DNA of 58,685 bases from a virus. Taxonomy: Duplodnaviria; Caudoviricetes. The notes beneath the pieces were generated by a model. The model made no database searches. It saw nothing but the letters and a program-made list of their open reading frames with translations, and was not told the DNA's origin. Positions 47,043 through 56,989 of this stretch are shown here, in pieces. Within the stretch, counting starts at the first letter, position 1. Each line of letters starts with the position of its first letter. Position numbers and translations under genes: made by a program. Location of the stretch: the IMG/VR virus record IMGVR_UViG_3300027749_004991, positions 1-58,685 of that record; one strand, given 5' to 3'.

Positions 47043-47442
47043 TTTTAGGACGGCCTACTCTTAAATTAATAATCCCATTATAGAAGCCTTCCTTTAGAAG
47101 AACTTCTTCTTCAAATTGAATTTTAGCTTCTTCATATGCAAGTGCAAATTTTGAATCGCAAAACTTTATAATTTCAAATACAAAATTTTCCTTACCTAAT
47201 TTGATAATATCCTTGTTGAGTTCTTTTGATGATGAAGTATATTCTCTCCAATCTGTTTCAGATACTTCACAACGTTTATTTTTCTTGCCTTTTAAAGGTG
47301 ATCTCTTTTTAATAAAGAGACATTGTTTTTTACCAATATATTGTTTATTAGTTGGTTTACAGGTAATGCGATAAATGAAGCCAAAAGGTATCACATCGTC
47401 TGTAATTTCTATTTTAGATACCCAATGTCCTAAATCAATCAT
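47011..47442 (-). CDS. Stand-alone GIY-YIG nuclease domain protein
   Basis: GFIYRIT......YIGKKQ, W..Y.SSS, GKENF.FEI, Y.E, YN. Confidence 0.82.
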   Translation of the reverse strand: MIDLGHWVSKIEITDDVIPFGFIYRITCKPTNKQYIGKKQCLFIKKRSPLKGKKNKRCEVSETDWREYTSSSKELNKDIIKLGKENFVFEIIKFCDSKFALAYEEAKIQFEEEVLLKEGFYNGIINLRVGRPKNANRSKNTDT

Positions 47443-47660
47443 ATATTTTTACGTTTACGTCTTTTTTTATTACGCTTGGTATTTACTCTACCATTGCGTG
47501 AAATGACAGCACCACCTTTAGGAATTCTTGCATCACCGGGTGCATAAAAATCAGATCCGGATATTGAATCTGGTGAAAACCCTCCTGCTGATCCACCCAT
47601 AGCACCTGCTACAGTCATGTTTTCATAAAATTGTTTGAAAGTTACAGTTGATTTAGTCAT
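47439..47660 (-). CDS. Small late protein with basic tail, possible internal head protein
   Basis: TATAAATA-N6-ATG; VTFKQFYE; K/R-rich C-terminus. Confidence 0.55.
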   Translation of the reverse strand: MTKSTVTFKQFYENMTVAGAMGGSAGGFSPDSISGSDFYAPGDARIPKGGAVISRNGRVNTKRNKKRRKRKNI

Positions 47661-47682
47661 TAAAAGTATTTATATTAAATAT

Positions 47683-48078
47683 GTGGATTTGTTAAAACGA
47701 TACAAAGATGAAATTAGTAAAGATTTAGTTGTAGATGATTTCAATATTAAAGATGTACAACAGAAACTACCATCACGTAAACATTTCTGGGTTGCTAGGT
47801 TAATTGATGCTAGAATTGAGTTAGCTCAGTTACAGAAACGTAAAAAGAAATTAAAGATTCTACTATCTCAAAAAATAGCTAATGATTCTATGGTAAGTCT
47901 ATCTCAATCTGTTATACAAAATGCTGTAGAAAATAGTGATGAGATGGATAAACTTAATGATAGTATTAAGGAATATGAATATATAATTGAGTATCTAGAA
48001 AAGATCGAAAAAATTATGAGTACCATGCACTGGGAAATTAAAAATATCGTCGAAATTCAGAAACTCGAGCAACTATGA
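47683..48078 (+). CDS. uvsY: Recombination mediator UvsY-like
   Basis: DL..D, P..KH.W, YLEKI.K......WEIKN.VE..KL; directly upstream of uvsW; GTG start at 47683 assumed. Confidence 0.75.
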   Translation: MDLLKRYKDEISKDLVVDDFNIKDVQQKLPSRKHFWVARLIDARIELAQLQKRKKKLKILLSQKIANDSMVSLSQSVIQNAVENSDEMDKLNDSIKEYEYIIEYLEKIEKIMSTMHWEIKNIVEIQKLEQL

Positions 48079-49523
48079 TAACTATTTCAGTAAATAAAAC
48101 AAAAACTAAACTGCAAATTAAGTGTTCTGATGCAGATTTCTTTAGTGAAATGCGAAAACATTTTAGTGTAAAAAATATTAACGCTTCATTTGTTCGAAAT
48201 AAGTTTAAAGGACGGCGTATGTTTATACCAGATCGTAAATATGTAATTACACCCACTGGTCAATGTGATATAGGTTTATTTTATGAAATTAAAAAATATC
48301 TTATAGACAAACAAATTGTATCTGATGTTAATATAGATATTGAAGTACAAAAGCTATTTGAAACTATTATTGTTGATGATGTCTTCCTTAATTTTACTAA
48401 AACGCTTCGCGATTATCAAGAAGATGTAGTTCGAATAGCACTTGCAACAGGTTGGGGTACATGTGTATTAGGGACGGGCGCTGGTAAAACACTTACTACA
48501 GCAGCTATTATTGAAAATTACTACAGAAAAAGCTCGAACAAAAATACTTTTAAGTGTTTAGTTATTGTTCCTGATTTAGGTCTTGTAACTCAAACATACA
48601 ATGAGTTTTTGGAGTGTGGTATATCATTTACATTGTCACAATGGACTGGCTCTATTGAACCTCAACTTGATGCTAATGTCATAATATGTAATATGGGTGT
48701 GTTGCATGCTCGTATTAATGAGAATGACTGGGTTAAGTATGTTGATTTGCTTATTATTGACGAGGTTCATAAAATGAAACCGGACAATAAAGTAAGTAAA
48801 ATTGTTACAGATATAAAAACTCGTAACCGTTACGGCTTTACTGGTACCCTACCTGAAGATAAGGTTAATCAGTGGTTTATTATTGGTAAATTAGGTCCAG
48901 TTTTGTATGAAAAAAGTAGTTATGAACTACGTTCTGGTAATTATCTTACAGATGTTGAAGTAAAAATTATAGAAATACAGTATAATAAACCAATAATTCC
49001 GAAACTTACTAATAATGCGTATAGAAATGAGTTAGATTACCTGTATAATCATCGGCAACGTAATCTGATTATATCAAAATTGAGTGGAAAAATTCCAAAC
49101 AACACTCTAATACTTGTAAATCACATTTTACATGGTGAAAAATTATTCGAGGTTATGTCAAGCCTTCCTAATAAGCAAGTTTTCTTTATAAGAGGTGAAG
49201 TGTCTGTCGAAGATCGTGATAAAGTTAAAGCAATTATGGAAACTCATGACAATGTTGTGTGTATTGCTATAAGTGCTATATTTTCAACCGGTATTAACAT
49301 TAAGAACATACACAATATTATGTTTGTTGCTGGTGGTAAGTCGTTTATTCGAACTGTACAGTCGATTGGTCGTGGATTACGACTACACAACAATAAGAGT
49401 AAGTTAATAATCTATGACATATGTGACGATCTTAAGTATAGTAAGCAGCATAATATGTCTAGAAGAGAGATTTATGAGAAAGAAAAGATTGCTTTTTCAG
49501 AAAAGCAAGTATTATTAAGTTGA
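48075..49523 (+). CDS. uvsW: SF2 helicase UvsW
   Basis: LRDYQ, GTGAGKT, VP...LV.Q, DEVH, GFTGT, FSTGINIKN, QSIGRGLR. Confidence 0.93.
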   Translation: MITISVNKTKTKLQIKCSDADFFSEMRKHFSVKNINASFVRNKFKGRRMFIPDRKYVITPTGQCDIGLFYEIKKYLIDKQIVSDVNIDIEVQKLFETIIVDDVFLNFTKTLRDYQEDVVRIALATGWGTCVLGTGAGKTLTTAAIIENYYRKSSNKNTFKCLVIVPDLGLVTQTYNEFLECGISFTLSQWTGSIEPQLDANVIICNMGVLHARINENDWVKYVDLLIIDEVHKMKPDNKVSKIVTDIKTRNRYGFTGTLPEDKVNQWFIIGKLGPVLYEKSSYELRSGNYLTDVEVKIIEIQYNKPIIPKLTNNAYRNELDYLYNHRQRNLIISKLSGKIPNNTLILVNHILHGEKLFEVMSSLPNKQVFFIRGEVSVEDRDKVKAIMETHDNVVCIAISAIFSTGINIKNIHNIMFVAGGKSFIRTVQSIGRGLRLHNNKSKLIIYDICDDLKYSKQHNMSRREIYEKEKIAFSEKQVLLS

Positions 49524-49553
49524 TTTAGATAACACTACCTATAGACTAAGGGT

Positions 49554-49991
49554 ATGTCGAAGGATAATTACTATGTTGACCCTACAGTCTTTAAAGCAGC
49601 TTTACAAAAATATTATGATACCGATAATATGACTGATGATTTAGCAGAAATTATTAAAAAAATTGCTTATGGATTGAGTTATAACGGATCATTCATTAAT
49701 TATACCTATAAAGATGATATGATAGGTGATGCACTAATAAAGATGTACTCTGCTTTAAAGCGTAAGAAGTACAGCTTTAAAGCAGAAACGAATCCTTTTT
49801 CATATTTTACAACAATCGCATTCAATGCTTTTGTAAATAGAATTAAAAAAGAGAAAAGACATCATGAAGCTGAAAAGAATTATAGGGAGAAAGTATATGA
49901 AGACGTTATGACTGATCCAAAGACATGTGAAAATTTTGTTTATGTGAAACCATCTCGTGATTCTGACGACGATTTCTATGATCAATATTAA
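49554..49991 (+). CDS. gp55: Late transcription sigma factor
   Basis: NYYVD, KIA.GLS...FINYTYKDDMI.DA, NPFSYFT.IAFNAF..RIKKEK. Confidence 0.93.
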   Translation: MSKDNYYVDPTVFKAALQKYYDTDNMTDDLAEIIKKIAYGLSYNGSFINYTYKDDMIGDALIKMYSALKRKKYSFKAETNPFSYFTTIAFNAFVNRIKKEKRHHEAEKNYREKVYEDVMTDPKTCENFVYVKPSRDSDDDFYDQY

Positions 49992-51027
49992 AAAACCTCG
50001 AGTCTGTGTTATATCTGATTTACATTTGGGTGTTCATAGTAACAGCTCACAGTGGCATGATATTTCCATTAAGTGGGCTAAGTGGTTAGTCACTGAATTA
50101 GATAAACACAACATTAAAGACATTATATTCTGTGGTGATTGGCACCATAATCGAAGTGAAATATCTGTAAGCACCCTTCAGACATCGGCAGATATACTTA
50201 AAATATTCGATAAGTATAATAAAATCATGGTGTTAGGCAACCACGATGTATATTACAAGCATAGAATTGACGTTAATTCCTTGTCAATCTTTAAGGACCG
50301 TAAAAATATTACACTTATCGACAGTGTAACTACTGTAGATCTATTTGATAAGCTGATTACCTTCTGCCCATGGAATACATCCATCAATGATATACCAAAA
50401 AGCGATGTTATATTTGGTCATTTTGAGATTGAAGCGTTTAAAATGAACTCATACAAAGTTTGTGAAGAAGGAATGAGTGTGAAAGACCTCTTAGCTAGGA
50501 GCTCTCTTATTATTTCCGGGCACTTCCATCAAAGACACGAAAAACAATTCACAAAAGGTAAGATATTATATGTAGGTAATCCATTTCAAATGGATTTTGG
50601 TGATGCAGACAATTTTAAAGGTTATCATATTTTAGATATTGATACACTAAACTATAAATTTTACGAAAATACCGTATCACCTTTATATCAGAAGGTTTTA
50701 CTTAGTGAATTGATTCAAAATAATGGTATAGATGATAAAATCAGACAGTTATTTGCTAATAACATCGTAAAACTGAAAATTGATAAGAATATATCGCAAG
50801 AAGATCTATCTTTCTTAACATCTAAGCTAAATCTTCTCAAGCCAGAGAGTTTAGCTCTAGATTACGATATAAACTATAATAAAATCTCAGATGAACCTCT
50901 GGATAAAGACCTTTCAGGTATCGATATTTCGGATGCCATTACTGAATTCATTAATTTACTTGAAGTAGATGACAAGAAAGATATTCTTGAATATACTATA
51001 GACTTATTTAAACGTTGTACAACATGA
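49978..51027 (+). CDS. gp47: Recombination endonuclease subunit (Mre11-like)
   Basis: SDLHLG, GDWH, GNHD, FGHFE, SGHFH, YVGNPFQ; start moved to ATG 49978. Confidence 0.93.
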   Translation: MINIKKPRVCVISDLHLGVHSNSSQWHDISIKWAKWLVTELDKHNIKDIIFCGDWHHNRSEISVSTLQTSADILKIFDKYNKIMVLGNHDVYYKHRIDVNSLSIFKDRKNITLIDSVTTVDLFDKLITFCPWNTSINDIPKSDVIFGHFEIEAFKMNSYKVCEEGMSVKDLLARSSLIISGHFHQRHEKQFTKGKILYVGNPFQMDFGDADNFKGYHILDIDTLNYKFYENTVSPLYQKVLLSELIQNNGIDDKIRQLFANNIVKLKIDKNISQEDLSFLTSKLNLLKPESLALDYDINYNKISDEPLDKDLSGIDISDAITEFINLLEVDDKKDILEYTIDLFKRCTT

Positions 51028-52835
51028 AACATGTTACTTTTAAAAAGATAACCATTCAAAATTTTCTCTCTATTGGATCAGAGCCTGTCGCTGTTGAATT
51101 CAAAAAGGGATTACATATTTTAACCGGTAGGAATCTTGATAAACCAGATAGACAGAACGCTGTTGGTAAATCTTCTGTTGCAGATGCAATATATTTTGCT
51201 ATATTTGGTGATTCTCTACGCGAACTTAAGAAAGAACTAATCATTAACAACGTTACTGGCGGAAAGTCTCATGTTGAGCTTGATTTTGATGTTAGTTCCC
51301 CGAAAGGTAATAACTCATTTAAGATTATACGTACACTTTCACCTAATAAAGTGTTTGTCTTTAAGGATGGTGTAGATAAAACACGTGATAGTATTAGTAA
51401 TACTACAAAATACATATGTGAAGTACTAAGCGCATCACCTTCTGTCTTTCAGAACTGCGTTATTATGACGGTTAACAACGCTACACCGTTTATGGCCAAA
51501 AATAAAGTCGAAAAACGTAAGTTCATTGAAGATATTTTCGGTATGGAAGTCTTTAGCCGTATGATTTCGGCTTTGAGGCAGGAGTATAACGATGTAAAAC
51601 GTGATCATGACATCCAATTATCTAAATTGGATGAGATGTACAATACTTCTAAGACATATAACACACAGAAAGAGCTTGCTCTAAAGAAAAAGACAGATAA
51701 AAAAAATCTTTATACAGAAAGACAGCTTACAAACAAACAAAATCTCGATAGTCTCTTACAAGAAAAAATTAATTCACAAATTAACCCGGCTGATATTACT
51801 AATCTAGAAGATTCTATATCTAATCTAGATGGTAAGCTAGTTATATGTGATGATAAAATCAATACTCGCATTGGAGAAGTGAGCACTAAGCGTGCAAACT
51901 TAGACCACTTTGTAAAATCTTATAAAACAATTGGTACAACTGCAGCAACATGCCCGGTTTGTCTTAAATCTATAGATGACCATGATAAAGATGTACTTGA
52001 GCAAGAAAAGCACAAAATAAAGCAAGATATTGTTAACATTAAACAAGAAATAGAAGATGTTACAGCAGCTATTGATGAAGTAACTAATATTAAAAACAAA
52101 GTCAAGCAAGCAATACAGCTAAAGAACAAACAACTTAACGAACTTAGCTTAAAACTGCAGTATATTAATAACATCGATCAAAAGATTGTACAAATTCAAA
52201 AATGGCAACAAGAGCTCAATAAGGATATTGAATTATTGGATGACAGTAGTACAGAATTTGATACGCTAATTGAAAGTAACCTTACCCGTATTGATGAGCT
52301 AGAGCAGTTAGTTAAAGGTATAGCTAAAAAGCTAAGTCAGTTGGATATTGTCAAGTTCGTAGTGAGTGAAGAAGGTGTAAAATCTTATATCGTTAATAAA
52401 CTACTTGAACTTCTCAATTCCAAACTATTTTATTACTTGAAGCGTTTAGATTCGAACTCAGTTTGTGTTTTCGATGAATATTTCGAAGAACAAATTGTTA
52501 ATGAAGAGAATAAGATATGCTCTTACTTTAACTTCTCTGGAGCTGAGCGTAAATCAATCGATCTTGCATGCTTGTTCGCGTTTTCTGATATCAGACGTAT
52601 ACAAGGCGGTGTTAGTTACAATATCTCACTTTATGATGAGCTATTCGACTCGTCTTTTGATGAAAAGGGTATTGAGCTCATAACAGAGATATTAAAGGAA
52701 CGTGTAGATTCGTTAGGTGAGTGTGCCATTGTTATATCTCACCGTAAAGAATCTCTAAAGGCTGTTACTGGTGATGTTATTTATCTAGAGAAGTCAGGTG
52801 GTATTACAAGAAGAGTTGAACACCCTGATTATTAA
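51024..52835 (+). CDS. gp46: Recombination ATPase subunit (Rad50-like)
   Basis: QNFLSIG, NAVGKS, CPVC zinc hook, FSGAE, DELFDSS, ISH. Confidence 0.93.
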   Translation: MKHVTFKKITIQNFLSIGSEPVAVEFKKGLHILTGRNLDKPDRQNAVGKSSVADAIYFAIFGDSLRELKKELIINNVTGGKSHVELDFDVSSPKGNNSFKIIRTLSPNKVFVFKDGVDKTRDSISNTTKYICEVLSASPSVFQNCVIMTVNNATPFMAKNKVEKRKFIEDIFGMEVFSRMISALRQEYNDVKRDHDIQLSKLDEMYNTSKTYNTQKELALKKKTDKKNLYTERQLTNKQNLDSLLQEKINSQINPADITNLEDSISNLDGKLVICDDKINTRIGEVSTKRANLDHFVKSYKTIGTTAATCPVCLKSIDDHDKDVLEQEKHKIKQDIVNIKQEIEDVTAAIDEVTNIKNKVKQAIQLKNKQLNELSLKLQYINNIDQKIVQIQKWQQELNKDIELLDDSSTEFDTLIESNLTRIDELEQLVKGIAKKLSQLDIVKFVVSEEGVKSYIVNKLLELLNSKLFYYLKRLDSNSVCVFDEYFEEQIVNEENKICSYFNFSGAERKSIDLACLFAFSDIRRIQGGVSYNISLYDELFDSSFDEKGIELITEILKERVDSLGECAIVISHRKESLKAVTGDVIYLEKSGGITRRVEHPDY

Positions 52836-52873
52836 TCATTGATTTCTGTATAATATATATTATATATTAGTAA

Positions 52874-54079
52874 ATGTTATCTGTTAACCCTTTTCCACAG
52901 CCAATTGCTCAACCACACGCACCGCTGTGGGGCCCCGTACCAACTATTGCTAATAATCCTCAGCCAGCAGAAATGGCTCTACCGAGATATGTAAATTATC
53001 TCGCTGATTATGGTGGTTGTGGTTTCTGGCGTATTATCTGGCCTGAAATGTTAATTAACGCTTCTGGGAGGGGTTGCTCTTCATCTCTAACAGCAATGGT
53101 GTTTAATCCAGAATGGTATAGAGGTGTTAAGGCTGTTAAATTACAAAGACAAGCTTCAAATGATCAAAAAGAGTTTGTTAAGTACCTTAAGAGCATTCAA
53201 AAAGATTTAGGATTTAAGATTATTTACGAAGTTGATGATGTTGTATTTAAAGAAGAAATACCTGACTATAACAAATTCAAATCAGCATTTGATACAGATG
53301 AAATTCGTAATAACTGTATTGAAATAATTAAACTATGCGATGAAGTTACAGTGACATGTGACTATATGCGCAAATTGTATATAGAAAAAACCGGTAAAAA
53401 GGAAATTACGGTTATTCCAAACTTTGTTCCTATCTCATGGATGGGTCACTATTACGACAAGCGTAAAATTTGGGATATGTACGATAAGTACAAGAAGAAG
53501 CCACGTGTTCTATACACTGGTTCAGGTGCTCACTACGACGTTGACATGAAAAATAATGGTGTGGATGATTTCTCACACGTTATTGACTTCGTAAGAAATA
53601 CTATTGATAAGTATCAGTGGGTATTCGTTGGTTCTTATCCTCCTGGCCTTTCACCTTACGTTCAAAACAATCAAATTGAATTCCATCCATGGCAGACACT
53701 AGCAGATTATCCTGCTTTCATTAGTAGCCTTAATGCTCAAGCTATGATTGCACCGTTAATGGATAATAACTTTAATAGATCAAAGTCTGATATTAAGTTT
53801 ATTGAAGCTTGTGTGTTGGGTTTACCTTGTTTGGTACAAGATATGGAAACCTATAAGTATGCTCCTGATTTCCTTAAGTTTAAGACCGGAGATGACCTAG
53901 GAGTTAAGCTAGAAGCAATTCTCAAGAATAAAGCTGCATATTATCGCAACGTAGACATGTTTAGACACATAGGTACACAACGATTCCTTGAGTTGCCTGA
54001 AAATATTGGCTGTCACCTTGAAGCTCTCAATACACCTTTCGGTTCTCCAGAGCGAAAATATTTGAAAAGATGGAATTGA
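52874..54079 (+). CDS. GT-B-fold glycosyltransferase-like protein
   Basis: GCGFWRI..P, LQRQ, YEVDD, VIPN, GS..H, APL.DN.FN.SKSDIK.IE. Confidence 0.75.
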   Translation: MLSVNPFPQPIAQPHAPLWGPVPTIANNPQPAEMALPRYVNYLADYGGCGFWRIIWPEMLINASGRGCSSSLTAMVFNPEWYRGVKAVKLQRQASNDQKEFVKYLKSIQKDLGFKIIYEVDDVVFKEEIPDYNKFKSAFDTDEIRNNCIEIIKLCDEVTVTCDYMRKLYIEKTGKKEITVIPNFVPISWMGHYYDKRKIWDMYDKYKKKPRVLYTGSGAHYDVDMKNNGVDDFSHVIDFVRNTIDKYQWVFVGSYPPGLSPYVQNNQIEFHPWQTLADYPAFISSLNAQAMIAPLMDNNFNRSKSDIKFIEACVLGLPCLVQDMETYKYAPDFLKFKTGDDLGVKLEAILKNKAAYYRNVDMFRHIGTQRFLELPENIGCHLEALNTPFGSPERKYLKRWN

Positions 54080-54117
54080 GTTGATTTCAGATAAAATCTC
54101 TATATTATAGAGTAGAG

Positions 54118-56682
54118 ATGTACAGAAATGCAGTTTACAATAGCCGTAATCAATCATTACGGCTATTTACTTGGGATGAATCCGGGAAACGTATAGATTA
54201 CGATGTGTCTATATCACCATACCTTTATGTCGAGGATTCGAGAGGTGACAAAACCTCAATTTTCAATACAAAGTTGAGGAAGCGCTCATTCAATAACTCT
54301 TACGAACGTAATAAGTTCATACAAGACTCCGGTATCAAGCGAGTGTATGAAAACATGCCTGTAGTTCAGCAATTTCTTGTTGACTCTTACGGTAAGGAGA
54401 ATGAACTGGATGATTTCGCTAAGTTCGATCTGAAGGTAATGTATATAGACATTGAGACTTACTCGGTTGACTCATTCCCTGATATTGATAACCCTGAGCA
54501 TACTGTTAACGTAATAACTTGCTACGATACGTTTAGTAAGAAGTTCTATACGTTTGGTCTCAAGCCGTATAACGTGACTCAATCAAATGTAGTTTATACT
54601 CATTGCAAAAATGAGCGTGATCTGTTCATTAAGTTCTTAGATCATATGTCTAAAGACTTTCCTGATATTCTTAGCGGGTGGAACAGTGAAGGTTTCGACA
54701 TTCCTTACATCGTAAATAGATGTGAGAGAATTTTAGGTGAAGAATATGTTGCATCGCTTTCACCATTAAAAAAAGTCTACTACAGAGACATTAAAGGTAA
54801 GTTCGGTAAAGCTGCTAAGAGATATTATATTGAAGGCATTGCTTGTATTGACTACTTGGATATTTACAGACGATTCTGTTTTACTCTTAGAGAGTCATAC
54901 AAGCTAAATGCTATTGCTGAGCTAGAATTAGGTGAGAAGAAGGTTGATTACGGTGATATCGATCTTGCAACTTTAGCAGATACTGACTGGCAGAAGTTCA
55001 TTGACTATAACATTCAAGACGTTAACCTGTTAGTTAAGCTAGAAGAGAAGCTACAGTATATTTCTCTACTCAGAATGCTTTCTTATGTAGGACTCACAAC
55101 ACTAGAAGGTGCAATGGGTACTCTGTCTGTGATTAACGGTGCTCTAGCAATTAGAGCGCGTAATCGCGGTGAGGTTATATCTACATTCATTAGATCCGGA
55201 GCTGATTCAAAGAATCCAGGTGCATATGTATCTGAACCGAAAAAAGGATTTAAAGAAAATATTGTTTCATTTGATGCTAACTCACTGTATCCAAATGTTA
55301 TGATCGCGCTAAATCTCTCACCTGAAACTAAGGTAGGTAGAATCGTCAATAACAAAGATGGTACAATTGAAGTTCAGCATGTATCTGGTAAAGCGTATGA
55401 ATTGACTAAAGAAAAGTTTGCACAATTCATACAAAATGAGCGTCTAGCTATTACAAAGGCTGGATTCCTTTTCTCACAGAAAAAGAAAGGTATTATACCT
55501 GAATTTCTCGATTATTATTATCAAGAGCGTGTAAAGATACAGAAAGAGCTATTTGAATATGAGAAAAAATTATCAACTCTTCCATCATTTGATCCTAAGT
55601 ATCGTGAAATTAAGTTTACTGTTGAGAGACTTAATACAAAGCAGTTAGTTATTAAGATTTTGATTAACTCGTGTTATGGATACATGGGCAACAAACAAGC
55701 TCCTATCGGTGATGACGATATTGCATCTTCTGTAACGCTTACAGGTCAAGCTGTTATTAAGCATGCAGGTAAACTACTTCAAGACTATTTAAGAGAGTAT
55801 CACAATATAACTAATGCTACGGTATTAGATGAGAGTTGGGTTTACAGTGATACAGATAGCTGTTATTTCTCATTAGGTTGTATTCAGGATCAAGTACCTC
55901 TAATGAAGGGTGACGAGATTAATCCTGAGTTCTATAATACAGTTGAAAGACTTAATGATTACCTAAATGCAGGTATTAAAACGTGGGCAGAAAAGTCTCT
56001 TCGAACAGAGAATAGTAGATTCATCTTTAAGCGAGAGTTCATTGGTGATGTTGGCGTATTCTTGCAGAAGAAAAGATACGTTTTGCATATTCTTGATAAC
56101 AAGGGTATTAAAACTAACAAGTATAAGTATACAGGTGTCGAAGTTGTGCGTACAACTATGCCAGATGCAATTAAGCCATACGCAAAACGAATCATTGAGA
56201 CTATGTTTAAGACAAAATCTCTTAAGAAGACAAACGAAGTTTTATCGGAAACTTACGAGAAGTTTAAGAGTCTTGGACCTCAAGAAATTGCTTTTGTTAT
56301 GGGTCTAAGAGGGTACGAAAAGTATGCAAGTCAGTGTAAGGAATTCATAACAGCAAAAGGAATGCCTGTACATGTTAAATCTGCATACTTGCATAATCAC
56401 CTTATGAACAATGTGTATAAGGTAAATCGTTCTGAAGACATTGTATCCGGTGACAAGGTTAGGTATGTATATCTAGAAAAGCCTAATAAGTATGGATTGA
56501 GCTCTATAGGATTTAAATATGATTACCCAATTGAATTTAAGCATGAATTTAAAATTGACTATGATAAGATGTTTGAAAAGATTTTGTTTGAGTCAATTAA
56601 GCGATTCTATGAAGCGGTTTCATGGCAGATTAGAAAGCCGTCTGAAAATGTAAAAACAGATTTGTTCGAACTATTTGCATAG
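54118..56682 (+). CDS. gp43: Family B DNA polymerase
   Basis: DIET, GWN..GFDIPY, YN.QD exonuclease motifs; SFDANSLYP, KILINSCYG, YSDTDS, KKRY polymerase motifs. Confidence 0.97.
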   Translation: MYRNAVYNSRNQSLRLFTWDESGKRIDYDVSISPYLYVEDSRGDKTSIFNTKLRKRSFNNSYERNKFIQDSGIKRVYENMPVVQQFLVDSYGKENELDDFAKFDLKVMYIDIETYSVDSFPDIDNPEHTVNVITCYDTFSKKFYTFGLKPYNVTQSNVVYTHCKNERDLFIKFLDHMSKDFPDILSGWNSEGFDIPYIVNRCERILGEEYVASLSPLKKVYYRDIKGKFGKAAKRYYIEGIACIDYLDIYRRFCFTLRESYKLNAIAELELGEKKVDYGDIDLATLADTDWQKFIDYNIQDVNLLVKLEEKLQYISLLRMLSYVGLTTLEGAMGTLSVINGALAIRARNRGEVISTFIRSGADSKNPGAYVSEPKKGFKENIVSFDANSLYPNVMIALNLSPETKVGRIVNNKDGTIEVQHVSGKAYELTKEKFAQFIQNERLAITKAGFLFSQKKKGIIPEFLDYYYQERVKIQKELFEYEKKLSTLPSFDPKYREIKFTVERLNTKQLVIKILINSCYGYMGNKQAPIGDDDIASSVTLTGQAVIKHAGKLLQDYLREYHNITNATVLDESWVYSDTDSCYFSLGCIQDQVPLMKGDEINPEFYNTVERLNDYLNAGIKTWAEKSLRTENSRFIFKREFIGDVGVFLQKKRYVLHILDNKGIKTNKYKYTGVEVVRTTMPDAIKPYAKRIIETMFKTKSLKKTNEVLSETYEKFKSLGPQEIAFVMGLRGYEKYASQCKEFITAKGMPVHVKSAYLHNHLMNNVYKVNRSEDIVSGDKVRYVYLEKPNKYGLSSIGFKYDYPIEFKHEFKIDYDKMFEKILFESIKRFYEAVSWQIRKPSENVKTDLFELFA

Positions 56683-56716
56683 TAGATTTTTAAAACACAT
56701 TGAGTAAATAAACAAT

Positions 56717-56974
56717 ATGGAATATTTGGATAAACCACTACACGACGGTACCTCAAACGCACACCCTGCATACTGGAGAGGTAAAGCACAAGGCATTAAT
56801 GATATGCTCAAGATTGTATCGGATGTCATGATGGGACACGATAACGGTTCAGGTATAAATAACAACCCTACCATTGAATCTATGAGACGTGGATTACTTA
56901 CCTGGCGCGATGAACTAGATAAGTACACTGAGCTCAAAAATAAGAAAGAAAAAGTAGATAAGTCTGAGAAGTAA
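56717..56974 (+). CDS. Hypothetical protein
   Basis: 85 aa ORF after GTAAATA-N6; DGT..AHPAYWRG motif. Confidence 0.55.
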   Translation: MEYLDKPLHDGTSNAHPAYWRGKAQGINDMLKIVSDVMMGHDNGSGINNNPTIESMRRGLLTWRDELDKYTELKNKKEKVDKSEK

Positions 56975-56989
56975 TATATAATTGTTTAT

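Noticed and set aside
47011-47442. Third homing endonuclease
   Set aside because: Only the catalytic domain, no DNA-binding tail, and embedded by overlaps in an operon; more likely a resident nuclease
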